In this document: one piece after another, positions 36,421 through 46,005 of the stretch | Position numbering within the stretch: position 1 is the stretch's first letter | Layout: the number at the start of each line of letters is the position of its first letter | Origin: an uncultured virus (IMG/VR IMGVR_UViG_3300027832_000007) | Taxonomy: Duplodnaviria; Heunggongvirae; Uroviricota; Caudoviricetes | DNA length: 64,000 nucleotides | IMG/VR virus record: IMGVR_UViG_3300027832_000007 | Reading direction: 5' to 3' (one strand) | Made by a program: the position numbers and the translations under genes | Notes under the pieces: generated by a model | Told to the model about the DNA's origin: nothing | Databases searched by the model: none | What the model saw: the letters and a program-made list of their open reading frames with translations, nothing else

Positions 36421-38499
36421 TTATTTAAAATCATAAGCTGCTAATCCGTAAAGAATTCCGTTATTATCTGATATGAAAGTCATAATATCCACAGCTCCAG
36501 TGTTAGTTGTTAATACTGGTGTTGTGCCACCCTCAAATTTAAAATTAGAACCCCAAGAATTTATTAAACCATTGTTTGAACCTTGTTTCACAATAATAGT
36601 ATACGATGAACCATCTTTAACATTTATTGGGTTTGATAATGTGGTATTACCAGTTAATGTTATTGTTTGTATATTACTATTATCAAAATTTAGTGTAAAC
36701 GTGCTTCCAGTACCATTATTATATATTGGGTTATTTGATTGACCCATAATCGTTATATTTGGTACATATACAGTATCGTCAGTTGCACCAGTTATATTTT
36801 GACCACCTAACACAACACTTCTGTGACCAGTTACTAATGAATTAGTTGAATGTATAAATGATGTTGTACCACTAGCAATTGAGCCAAAACCACCAGCGTG
36901 TGATGTAGAACCACTCGCTATTGTTAAAAAACCCTCAGCATGTGAACGATTACCACTAGCTATTGTACTTTGACCTTCAGCATGTGAATTATCACCACTA
37001 GCTATTGTACCATACCCCTCAGCATGTGAAAAATCACCACTAGCTCTTGTACTACCACCTTCAGCATGTGATGTTTGACCACTTGCTATTGTATTTTCAC
37101 CCTCAGCATGTGATGCATAACCACTTGATATTGTTAAAAAACCTTCAGCGTGTGAAAAATCACCACTAGCTATTGTCTGACTACCTTCAGCGTGTGACGT
37201 ATGACCACTAGCTCTTGTACTTTGACCCTCAGCATGTGAATAATCACCACTAGCTCTTGTACCAAAACCCTCAGCATGTGATGCATAACCACTAGCTATT
37301 GCTTCACTACCCTCAGCATGTGAATAATCACCACTAGCTCTTGTACTACCACCTTCAGCATGTGACGTATCACCACTAGCTATTGTACTATCACCCTCAG
37401 CATGTGATGCATAACCACTAGCTATTGCTTCACTACCCTCAGCATGTGAATAATCACCACTAGCTCTTGTACTAATACCTTCAGCATGCGATACGAAACC
37501 ACCAGCTATTGTACCATTACCCTCAGCATGTGATGTATGACCACTAGCTATTGTACTTTGACCCTCAGCATGTGATGCTGAACCACTTGCTCTTGTATTA
37601 ACACCTTCAGCATGGGAATAATCACCACTAGCTCTTGTACTACCACCTTCAGCATGTGATACGAAACCACCAGCTATTGTATTACTACCTTCAGCATGTG
37701 ATGTATGACCACTAGCTATTGTACCATTACCCTCAGCATGCGAATTAAGATTACTAGCTATCGTCTGTTGACCTTCAGCATGTGAATATTGACCACCAGC
37801 TATTGTTAAAAAACCTTCAGCATGTGACGTATCACCACTAGCTACAGATAACCAACCCTCAACATGTGAATATTGACCACTAGCTATTGTCTGACTACCT
37901 TCAGCATGGGAATAATCACCACTAGCTCTTGTACTACCACCTTCAGCATGTGATACGAAACCACCAGCTATTGTATTACTACCTTCAGCATGTGATGTTT
38001 GACCACTAGCTATTGTCTGACTACCTTCAGCATGTGAACGACTACCACTAGCTATTGTACTTTGACCTTCAGCATGTGAACGACTACCACTAGCTATCGT
38101 CAGTTGACCTTCAGCGTGTGATGTAGCACCACTTGCTATTGTCTGCAGACCCTCAGCATGTGAATTAAGACCACTAGCTAAAGTATTAAAACCTTGAGCA
38201 TATGAATAATTCCCAGTAGCATTTGTTGTTGAATCATTAATTACTTTAACTGAAAAATTACCAGTAGAACCACTAGTAAAATAGTTTGGAATAATAGGTA
38301 ATTCTGGTAAATCCACATTAAATGTTTGACCATTTATTTTAGTTAAAATTAAACTACTACCAACAGTCGTACCAGTAGATATACTTAAACCCTTTAAATA
38401 TAAAAAATTATTATCAACATCATCTTGACTCAAAACACTACCTTTAGTTAAATCACCATATGGGCTATTAACAGTTCTTAAATTTAAAAAATTATTCAT
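36421..38499 (-). CDS. Tail fibre with YadA-head-like (SHAEG) beta-helix repeats
   Basis: About 31 14-aa repeats T(I/R)ASGxxSHAEGxx; N-terminal KGS.LS..DVDNNF; C-terminal fibre domain. Confidence 0.85.
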   Translation of the reverse strand: MNNFLNLRTVNSPYGDLTKGSVLSQDDVDNNFLYLKGLSISTGTTVGSSLILTKINGQTFNVDLPELPIIPNYFTSGSTGNFSVKVINDSTTNATGNYSYAQGFNTLASGLNSHAEGLQTIASGATSHAEGQLTIASGSRSHAEGQSTIASGSRSHAEGSQTIASGQTSHAEGSNTIAGGFVSHAEGGSTRASGDYSHAEGSQTIASGQYSHVEGWLSVASGDTSHAEGFLTIAGGQYSHAEGQQTIASNLNSHAEGNGTIASGHTSHAEGSNTIAGGFVSHAEGGSTRASGDYSHAEGVNTRASGSASHAEGQSTIASGHTSHAEGNGTIAGGFVSHAEGISTRASGDYSHAEGSEAIASGYASHAEGDSTIASGDTSHAEGGSTRASGDYSHAEGSEAIASGYASHAEGFGTRASGDYSHAEGQSTRASGHTSHAEGSQTIASGDFSHAEGFLTISSGYASHAEGENTIASGQTSHAEGGSTRASGDFSHAEGYGTIASGDNSHAEGQSTIASGNRSHAEGFLTIASGSTSHAGGFGSIASGTTSFIHSTNSLVTGHRSVVLGGQNITGATDDTVYVPNITIMGQSNNPIYNNGTGSTFTLNFDNSNIQTITLTGNTTLSNPINVKDGSSYTIIVKQGSNNGLINSWGSNFKFEGGTTPVLTTNTGAVDIMTFISDNNGILYGLAAYDFK
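36870..38220. repeat. Tandem 42-bp coding repeat array
   Basis: acc(c/t)tcagcatgtga...accactagct recurs every 42 bp. Confidence 0.9.
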
Positions 38500-38534
38500 A
38501 TTTGTTTTCTTTATTATAAATATGTCATATTATG

Positions 38535-40274
38535 TTAACAGTGATTATAATTTGAAATATTAATCCCATATCTTAAAGAATCAGAATTAAAATTATTCTC
38601 AATATCACAAAAATTTAAATCACAAATATTAAATTTGAATTGTGAAATGCCACCTATAAATGTTCCAGCAAAGTTTTCCTCAATAGGTAAACCTCTATCA
38701 TCCATATCCAACCCATCAAATGTTTGACTTTCTAATAAACCTTGAGAACCACCACCCAAACTTAAATTAAATGGTACACCAACTTGCTTCATATGATTAT
38801 CGTTAAGTCTTCTAGCAACTAATTCATCTACATCATAAAATACTGCTTTTAGTTTAGCGTTTACATAAAACATTAATTTACCTTTTCTACGTTCACTATT
38901 TTTTAATTCACAATTATCATAATATTCCGTTACAAATCTAACTACGACATATTGCCATTCATCTTTAGATATAATATTTGTTGATGAATACTGTTCCTCT
39001 ATCGTGGTACCACTAATATATTTTCTCTCACCAGTTACAGCTGTATAGCAATGACCAGTTACGGTTAAAAGTCTATAACCAATACTACCATCATCTTTAA
39101 TTCTAAACGCCAATGCATTATCAATTATGTCTAAATTATAATCCAAAGTATCTTGGTCTTTAGTAAAACCAGTAAAATTTCTAACAGTTTTATTACTAGT
39201 ATTAGTACTAGAACCACCACAACTAGAACCAGACACTACCCTTCCATAAATTAAAAATGGGTTGGTTGTATTTGTCACCTCTTGAGAATGTGTTACAATA
39301 ACTTTAGGTTTTCCATCCCAAGAATTAGCAGTTTCGTTACTAGTATTAGTACTAGAACCACCACAACTAGAACCAGATACCGCCCTTCCATAAATTAAAA
39401 ATGGGTTTGTGATTAAGTCAATATTAATAAGAGGCGGATTTAATGGTATTCCAACACCATAAGCACCAGCTAAAATAACGTCAGTCTCTTTAGGTAATGT
39501 ACACCACGGACTCAAATTATCAGTACAACCAGAAGGCACGGTACAATCAATTGTACATCCACTATCTACCCCATCAAATGTATTCCAAAATTTATTTTCA
39601 GCCCTAGTACCCATATAAAAGAATATTCCTTTATTATTTGGGTAAGTATCATTTAATGTTGTTGCTGTATAACCAACACAACCAGCACTTGAAGGATTTA
39701 ACCAAAACTCAGCACTCCATGCTTGCTGAACTCTAGTCGGTAAAACTTCATAAGAATTACCATCTAATTTGTAAAATCCTTGATAAAAACCACCACATAA
39801 TTGTGCATAAGCACCAGTGAAACCAGTCATTATATCTATTGGGTAAATATATTCTCCAGTAGTTCCAGTGACCCTATTCAACATTAATCTAGTATCACCA
39901 GATGATATAAGCATAGTAGTACCAGTCAATACTGATAATAACGCTAAATTTGATGTATCACCAGTTGTTTTATTAAAAGTATATAACCCATTATCAATTC
40001 CAGTAAGACCTATTGTTGTACCAGTATAACCAGTATTAATTGCACCATTCCAACTAACTAAACTATGAATAGAAGTAGCTGAAAATGGTTGTGTATTATC
40101 GTAAATATTTGAATTATTAAAATCATAAAAAGTAACGAAACAATCACCAGATGTAACACCAGCACAAGATAACGTTTTACCACCATCATCTGCTGCTAAA
40201 TAAAAATCCCAATAATCGTTATTTGATAATCTTAAATCTACTCTACTATAATTATAATTTTTAATATTTCCCAT
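38535..40274 (-). CDS. LamG/ConA-like virion protein
   Basis: 579 aa with WSAEFWL, WQYVVVRF, MFYVNAKL and FIGGISQFKF. Internal duplication NPFLIYGR.VSGSSCGGSSTNTSN. Confidence 0.6.
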   Translation of the reverse strand: MGNIKNYNYSRVDLRLSNNDYWDFYLAADDGGKTLSCAGVTSGDCFVTFYDFNNSNIYDNTQPFSATSIHSLVSWNGAINTGYTGTTIGLTGIDNGLYTFNKTTGDTSNLALLSVLTGTTMLISSGDTRLMLNRVTGTTGEYIYPIDIMTGFTGAYAQLCGGFYQGFYKLDGNSYEVLPTRVQQAWSAEFWLNPSSAGCVGYTATTLNDTYPNNKGIFFYMGTRAENKFWNTFDGVDSGCTIDCTVPSGCTDNLSPWCTLPKETDVILAGAYGVGIPLNPPLINIDLITNPFLIYGRAVSGSSCGGSSTNTSNETANSWDGKPKVIVTHSQEVTNTTNPFLIYGRVVSGSSCGGSSTNTSNKTVRNFTGFTKDQDTLDYNLDIIDNALAFRIKDDGSIGYRLLTVTGHCYTAVTGERKYISGTTIEEQYSSTNIISKDEWQYVVVRFVTEYYDNCELKNSERRKGKLMFYVNAKLKAVFYDVDELVARRLNDNHMKQVGVPFNLSLGGGSQGLLESQTFDGLDMDDRGLPIEENFAGTFIGGISQFKFNICDLNFCDIENNFNSDSLRYGINISNYNHC

Positions 40275-43200
40275 TAGAAGTTCTCTAAATTAGTTCTTTT
40301 CCAACCACTTGTAGTTTTAATATACATGTAATCTTCATCTCTCGTTATATTACCTTCACTACCATTTGAATCATTACTTGAAGTTGGTGTATATAAAGGA
40401 ATTGTTAATGATTTAGCTTTAAAATCGTTATTGGTTACCCAATCACCGTTTTCATCCGTTGTTAATTCAGAAGATTCACCATCACCCTTAGCATTAAGTA
40501 CAGTAAGACCACCACCCAATGCTGATTCTTTTGTACCATTGTAATTTAAATCAATATTATTATCTTCAGCTAATATTGTTTGAGTTTTCAAATGAGTGTT
40601 GGTATTCGTTGTAAGACCACTAGATAATTCTTTAATAGCTTCAACTAAAAGTGCTGTAACATTATCATAATGAACACCCATAAATCTTTCTTCACTATTT
40701 TTATTAGTGAAAGTTAATTCTGGCACTACACTCTCAACTTCTTGAGCAATAAAACCAATACGTGTATCACCACTTGGAGATTCCAACCAATTATATTTAA
40801 CGCCCCTTAACTGATTAACCTTATCCAAAGCACCCGTTAATGATGTTATGTTAGTTTTTAACCTTTCATCCGATGTACTTGTTGTCAATGTACCATCTGA
40901 AGTATAATGCAAAGCACCAGCCGAAGCCGCAGAACCAACCACCCTAAATCTACCGTTACCAGCAACATCTAACCTAACACTTGGTGTTTCAGTACCAAAA
41001 CCAATAAAACCTTTAGTCGAACCAGTTCCTTGAATATGAAAATCAGCAGGAGAACCCGTATTAGCAGCTCTACCAGCGTACATTCTAATATAGTCAGCGC
41101 CACTACCTAATCCACCATTAGGTGAAATTAAATTTAGTCCATTAGAAACAATCCCAGCATAAATAAACATATCACCTTGATTACCATACCCAGGAAAAGA
41201 TAAATCATCGTAAGCCCTAAGACCAATACTACCACCAGCCAAACCAGCTACAATATTAAGCATATTCAAACCACTCGCACCAGATAATTGCAATAACGCA
41301 TTACTAGAAGCACTATTGTCAAAAGTTAATCCGCAATTAACACCTTTAACATCTAAAACATATTGTGGATTACTAGTATTAATACCTAACCTACTGGTGG
41401 TTCCACCAGTATTAATAACTAAATTTGGTACGTATACTGTATCGTCAGTTGCGCCAGTTATATTTTGACCACCTAACACAACACTTCTATCACCAGTAAC
41501 TAACGAATTAGTTGAATGTATAAATGATGTAAAACCACTAGCAATTGAACCAAAACCAGCAGCGTGTGAATAATCACCACCAGCTATAGATAACCAACCT
41601 TCAGCATGTGATATATAACCACTAGCTCTTGTACTTCTACCTTCAGCGTGAGAAAAATTACCACTAGCAACTGTACTACCACCCTCAGCATGTGAATAAT
41701 CACTACTAGCTATTGTATTATGACCCTCAGCGTGTGATACGAAACCACTAGCTCTTGTACTTAAACCTTCAGCATGTGATGTATTACCACTAGCTCTTGT
41801 ACTTTGACCCTCAGCGTGAGAAAAATTTCCAATAGCTCTTGTATTTTGACCCTCAGCGTGTGATGATATACCATCAATTGTGTTTAATTGACCAACAACA
41901 AATCCAAGTGTTGAACCAGCATTAATTATATTTCCACCTACTTTAGATTTAATTGAATTACCAGCAGTACCACCAGTTGTGAATAAGATATTAGATGTTG
42001 TTCCAGTTATTTGGTTATCAACATATTGTTTATCAACAAGTGAACGATTAACAAAATTAGCACTATAATCTTCAAAGTATTCAACTCCTTTAAATCCTGT
42101 ATAACCTCTAATAACATAATCAGCATTACTACCACTACCATCTTGTAAAGTATGATAGAATCCATTACTTGAATACAATGTAATAGCACCATTATTATTA
42201 ATTTCAATTTCACCATATCCAATATCGTCTGTTGCTGAAATTTTTATTGCATCTGGATTAAACGTAAATCTTCTATCATCTAGACCATTTACACTTCTCA
42301 TACCATACATACTAGAACTTTCTATCCAATTGTTACCAGTTGTATTGCCATTTACTAATACCTCTGCTAAATTAGAATTACCAGTTGCATTATCAACATA
42401 TTGTTTGTCAACTAAACTTCTATTTGTGTAATTAGCACTATAATCTGCAAAGTATTCAGCTCCAGTAAATGTACCAAGCTCACCAGAAATACCAAAACCA
42501 CCCGTTACAAAATTAATAGCACCATCAGTATTTTGAAAAGAAATATTAGTTGGAGTTATATCTATATAAGATTCTTCATCATCAGTTTCATTTCTATTCA
42601 ATAATCTTATGTAACCTGGGATTTGATTGAATAGTATTCTTTCATTTATTGTTTTACCACCTATTACTGATGTGTTAAATAATCCGTAACCATCATTTGG
42701 TGTAATAAAATTTGGACCAGTTGTATTGCCAGCGACTAATGTTTGTTCCAGTGTTGTACCACCAGAAGATGAACCGTTATAAATCCAAGCACCTTGACCT
42801 TCAGTATCTAAACACGTCCAAACATAATCCTTAGTCGCACCACTAGTAATTATAAGATTATTTGTTCTAGTTATACCAGAAACGTCTACCCATATTGTCC
42901 TACCAGTAAAATCTAACGTTGAAGCGGATAAAATATCCAAATTACTCGTAGACACTGTACCACTATAGGTACCACCACCTAAATCGACCATATTAACTAA
43001 TTCTAATTCAAAACTAACACCACTATATGTTAAATTAACTATATTACCATCAATGATTGTTGAAGATGAACCAATAAACCCTGTTGTTGATTGTGTTGAT
43101 GCAGATGTTGTAGGTGTTATTGCTGATAAACTAGAAGCACCTAACTCCATTCTATTGTCGTACCAGTCATATACAGTCGTTGTACTATTACCAGAAAAAG

Positions 43201-43375
43201 TACTAGCTATTAATGTATAGTTTTCAGTAACGGCAGTAGTGGTTAAGTCTGGCCCCGTTGTTAATGCACTAAAAACAACACCAAATGATGTTGCACCAGA
43301 TAAAACTGTTACAGTTTCTGGATATTGTTTTATTTGCCTATTACTTGAATAGTCTAGTTTTGTCTTAAAAGCCAT
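40274..43375 (-). CDS. Tail fibre with SHAEG repeats and peptidase S74 intramolecular chaperone domain
   Basis: 1033 aa with 8 SHAEG-type repeats and SDERLKTNI...L.GV.YNW...GFIAQEVE.VVPELT...V.Y......LVEAIKEL. Confidence 0.88.
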   Translation of the reverse strand: MAFKTKLDYSSNRQIKQYPETVTVLSGATSFGVVFSALTTGPDLTTTAVTENYTLIASTFSGNSTTTVYDWYDNRMELGASSLSAITPTTSASTQSTTGFIGSSSTIIDGNIVNLTYSGVSFELELVNMVDLGGGTYSGTVSTSNLDILSASTLDFTGRTIWVDVSGITRTNNLIITSGATKDYVWTCLDTEGQGAWIYNGSSSGGTTLEQTLVAGNTTGPNFITPNDGYGLFNTSVIGGKTINERILFNQIPGYIRLLNRNETDDEESYIDITPTNISFQNTDGAINFVTGGFGISGELGTFTGAEYFADYSANYTNRSLVDKQYVDNATGNSNLAEVLVNGNTTGNNWIESSSMYGMRSVNGLDDRRFTFNPDAIKISATDDIGYGEIEINNNGAITLYSSNGFYHTLQDGSGSNADYVIRGYTGFKGVEYFEDYSANFVNRSLVDKQYVDNQITGTTSNILFTTGGTAGNSIKSKVGGNIINAGSTLGFVVGQLNTIDGISSHAEGQNTRAIGNFSHAEGQSTRASGNTSHAEGLSTRASGFVSHAEGHNTIASSDYSHAEGGSTVASGNFSHAEGRSTRASGYISHAEGWLSIAGGDYSHAAGFGSIASGFTSFIHSTNSLVTGDRSVVLGGQNITGATDDTVYVPNLVINTGGTTSRLGINTSNPQYVLDVKGVNCGLTFDNSASSNALLQLSGASGLNMLNIVAGLAGGSIGLRAYDDLSFPGYGNQGDMFIYAGIVSNGLNLISPNGGLGSGADYIRMYAGRAANTGSPADFHIQGTGSTKGFIGFGTETPSVRLDVAGNGRFRVVGSAASAGALHYTSDGTLTTSTSDERLKTNITSLTGALDKVNQLRGVKYNWLESPSGDTRIGFIAQEVESVVPELTFTNKNSEERFMGVHYDNVTALLVEAIKELSSGLTTNTNTHLKTQTILAEDNNIDLNYNGTKESALGGGLTVLNAKGDGESSELTTDENGDWVTNNDFKAKSLTIPLYTPTSSNDSNGSEGNITRDEDYMYIKTTSGWKRTNLENF

Positions 43376-43392
43376 AATTTATAGATTTTATT

Positions 43393-43422
43393 ATAAATAT
43401 TCTACAATTGCGTTATATTTAT
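43393..43422. promoter_or_regulatory. Back-to-back late-type ATATTTATAATAAA motifs at the strand switch
   Basis: ataaatat at 43393-43400 serves the minus-strand gene; atatttat at 43415-43422 serves the plus-strand gene. Confidence 0.65.
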
Positions 43423-43437
43423 AATAAAACACAATTT

Positions 43438-43884
43438 ATGCAAATAAATAAAAAACAATTAGATGAATTAGTTGGAGGTGATATCAATAGTAGTGGTAAT
43501 CAAAGAAACGTCACTAATAATAGTGAAATAGAAACGGGTCCAGTAGACAAACCTTACAACAATTATTCAAACTACAAAAAAGGTGTTTCAACTACTACCG
43601 ATAAAGTATTTGGTCGATATGCACAAGATATTCCATGGTTTGCTAATTATTTTGGTGGTTCCAGTGGTCATTTTTATGAAAATAAAATTATCACAAAAAG
43701 AAGTGTTGAAGAGAAGGTTGATGATTTAGTTAGAAGAAGTGATACGTTTGATGTTATAAATAATCCTGAATACCCAGCGAACAGTCTTAAAAAATTAATC
43801 AAAAATCTAAATTTATCTAAAAAGGATATTGATACGTTAAGAACATATTTAGATGATAAAGAAGAGCAGATAAAAAATATTTAA
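43438..43884 (+). CDS. Hypothetical late protein
   Basis: Start moved to MQINKKQLDE (43438), downstream of the late motif. Confidence 0.65.
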   Translation: MQINKKQLDELVGGDINSSGNQRNVTNNSEIETGPVDKPYNNYSNYKKGVSTTTDKVFGRYAQDIPWFANYFGGSSGHFYENKIITKRSVEEKVDDLVRRSDTFDVINNPEYPANSLKKLIKNLNLSKKDIDTLRTYLDDKEEQIKNI

Positions 43885-44331
43885 ATGAATAACAATATAT
43901 ATAAAAAAGGAATAACAACACCATCTGATATCGGTAATAAATCTCATCAAGCTTATGCTATGGAATTATCTAGATTATCCAAAGCTAAAAATAAATGTGA
44001 TGAAAATAATGATTGTGTTGAATTTAATGAAAAAGGTGGTCAAAAAAGACTTACTGAACTTTTAAATGTTGTTGAACAAGAAAGGGCTAACGATAAATTA
44101 AGACGTAAAACAGAAGCCGTCACTGCCACAAACAGTAAATTTAGAGATGATGAAGACCCTACATCTGTTAGTGGTATACCTAGATTAGATAAAAAAAGTA
44201 ACCACGAGGGTAGTAATAAAAATAAAATTATGTCAAATGAACAATCTATATCTGAAAATATTAATAAAGAAATTTCAGATATTAGATATTTAATAGAATA
44301 CATGAATAACGATAAAAAACAAAAACTATAA
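43885..44331 (+). CDS. Hypothetical protein
   Basis: 148 aa, abuts the upstream stop. Confidence 0.65.
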   Translation: MNNNIYKKGITTPSDIGNKSHQAYAMELSRLSKAKNKCDENNDCVEFNEKGGQKRLTELLNVVEQERANDKLRRKTEAVTATNSKFRDDEDPTSVSGIPRLDKKSNHEGSNKNKIMSNEQSISENINKEISDIRYLIEYMNNDKKQKL

Positions 44332-44334
44332 ATT

Positions 44335-44793
44335 ATGCCAACTCCTTATAACGGTACTCAGTCACCACTAGAATTTTATGCAATAAATGGTAATACATTA
44401 TACCCCAACACTGGAAGAATATCAATTATCCAACAAACTAAAATTGGTACCACCAAATATAACTTCAACGGACCTTATAGGAATCCAGCAATAACTGGTA
44501 ACCCAAATGACGCATACGGAGTAACAAATTCCAAAGCATTAGCTGATTCAGTTACACCTTTCAATGGTAGAGGAACTGGAGATGGTATATCAAATGGTAT
44601 ATATGCTGCAATTAATAATTATACTGGTGGTAATACTGAGGATATCAATGGTGCAGCATCCATGCCTGGTTCTGGACGTGACCCACAAGTTATTCTAAAT
44701 GCTGGTTTATGGGGATATGGACCAACACCAATAGCTGGTACTGATTATACAAAACCTAACACTTCTGCTAATATAGGTCAAGTAATTATTTAA
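44335..44793 (+). CDS. Gly/Asn/Pro-rich hypothetical (possibly structural) protein
   Basis: 152 aa, in the operon. Confidence 0.65.
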   Translation: MPTPYNGTQSPLEFYAINGNTLYPNTGRISIIQQTKIGTTKYNFNGPYRNPAITGNPNDAYGVTNSKALADSVTPFNGRGTGDGISNGIYAAINNYTGGNTEDINGAASMPGSGRDPQVILNAGLWGYGPTPIAGTDYTKPNTSANIGQVII

Positions 44794-44802
44794 AAATAAC
44801 AA

Positions 44803-45327
44803 ATGAAGCTTTACAATATATATCAAGAAGTTATATTAGAAGAGTCTAACAAGAAACTTCTGTTAACTGAAGACGTTACTGATAGTCAAATAATCGATGT
44901 TATTAAACAAAAAGTTAATGTTAATATCAGATATTTAGATGATGGTGAAAACACCCCAAGTAAAAGGTATATTCAAATATATGTTTTTGGTATGTTAGAA
45001 AATGGTTTTAACGCTGTTAGAGCTTACCAAATAAATGGTGGGTCTAAAACTGGTAAAAACTACGGTGAGTGGAAGATATTTAGATTGGATAGAATTATTA
45101 GTTTTTTACCTACAAAAATGAGGTGGTATAGACCAGTATCAGATTATTCTAGTGATATTGATGTTTATAATCCAAATGGAGATATGAAAGGTAATTTTAT
45201 AAAAGGTCAAAAAGTTAATACTTTTAAAAATATAAAAGCTAGAGTTAGTTTTGATGATAAACAACCTCAAGCAAATGATGCTGGTGAAGAACCAATTGAT
45301 AATAAAGGAATAAATAACGAATTATAA
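44803..45327 (+). CDS. Stand-alone WYL-domain-like protein
   Basis: V.IRY...KRYIQIYVFG...VRAYQ...WKIFRLDRI matches the WYL SH3-like pattern. Confidence 0.7.
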   Translation: MKLYNIYQEVILEESNKKLLLTEDVTDSQIIDVIKQKVNVNIRYLDDGENTPSKRYIQIYVFGMLENGFNAVRAYQINGGSKTGKNYGEWKIFRLDRIISFLPTKMRWYRPVSDYSSDIDVYNPNGDMKGNFIKGQKVNTFKNIKARVSFDDKQPQANDAGEEPIDNKGINNEL

Positions 45328-45899
45328 TGACACAACCAGCTCCAGTTAATTTAGAATCACTTAAAGGAATTCTTGCAAAGTCAAAAGCTGTAATGAATAA
45401 AATAAGTGGTTTAGAACCAAAACAAAATTCATCTAGACAACTAAGTGAGGATTATTCTAATAACTATAGTGAGTCACCATATTATGACGAGAGAGATGAA
45501 AGGGAATCAAATTATGACGAGAAACCACAAGTAACTCCATCTATGGCACCAAAAATTTATACTGACGAACAAGTGATGAATTCAAAACTACCTCAAGCAA
45601 TTAAAGAAGCCATGATGAAACGTCCTATACCTATGCTACAAGGACCACCATCTAGTTTTACTCTTGATGATGTATCTGAATTAGTTGATAAACCTAAACC
45701 TACTCAATTAAGAGAAAGTCGTAGAGAGTCTAATTCTGATATGATTACAGTTAGTAAAAAAGAACTACAAGAAATGATTAAAGAAGGTGTTGGTCAGTAT
45801 TTTAAAGATGATTATGAAAAAAGAATCACGGAAACAGCGATTAAAAGAACCATTAATGTTTTAATTAAAGAAGGTAAACTAAACATGAAAACAAAATAA
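45327..45899 (+). CDS. Hypothetical protein
   Basis: 190 aa with NSKLPQAIKEAMM..PI motif. Confidence 0.65.
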   Translation: MTQPAPVNLESLKGILAKSKAVMNKISGLEPKQNSSRQLSEDYSNNYSESPYYDERDERESNYDEKPQVTPSMAPKIYTDEQVMNSKLPQAIKEAMMKRPIPMLQGPPSSFTLDDVSELVDKPKPTQLRESRRESNSDMITVSKKELQEMIKEGVGQYFKDDYEKRITETAIKRTINVLIKEGKLNMKTK

Positions 45900-45914
45900 A
45901 TAATTTAAAATAAA

Positions 45915-45946
45915 AATAAAAGGTCTTAATTGACCTTTTTTTATTT
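45915..45946 (+). terminator. Intrinsic terminator
   Basis: aaaaggtc-ttaatt-gacctttt followed by a T run. Confidence 0.8.
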
Positions 45947-46005
45947 ACTAATGTTTTTTATATGCTATATTTATGATATTAACAAAAGTTTTTAATAGAA
46001 AATAT

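Noticed and set aside
36870..38220. Regular 42-bp repeat array resembling CRISPR
   Set aside because: Period is a multiple of 3, lies in frame within a fibre ORF (SHAEG repeats), has no unique spacers, and no cas genes are present.
15999..43375. Diversity-generating retroelement or invertase shufflon acting on fibre genes
   Set aside because: No reverse transcriptase or recombinase in the window, repeats are direct and coding, and differences are not adenine-specific.
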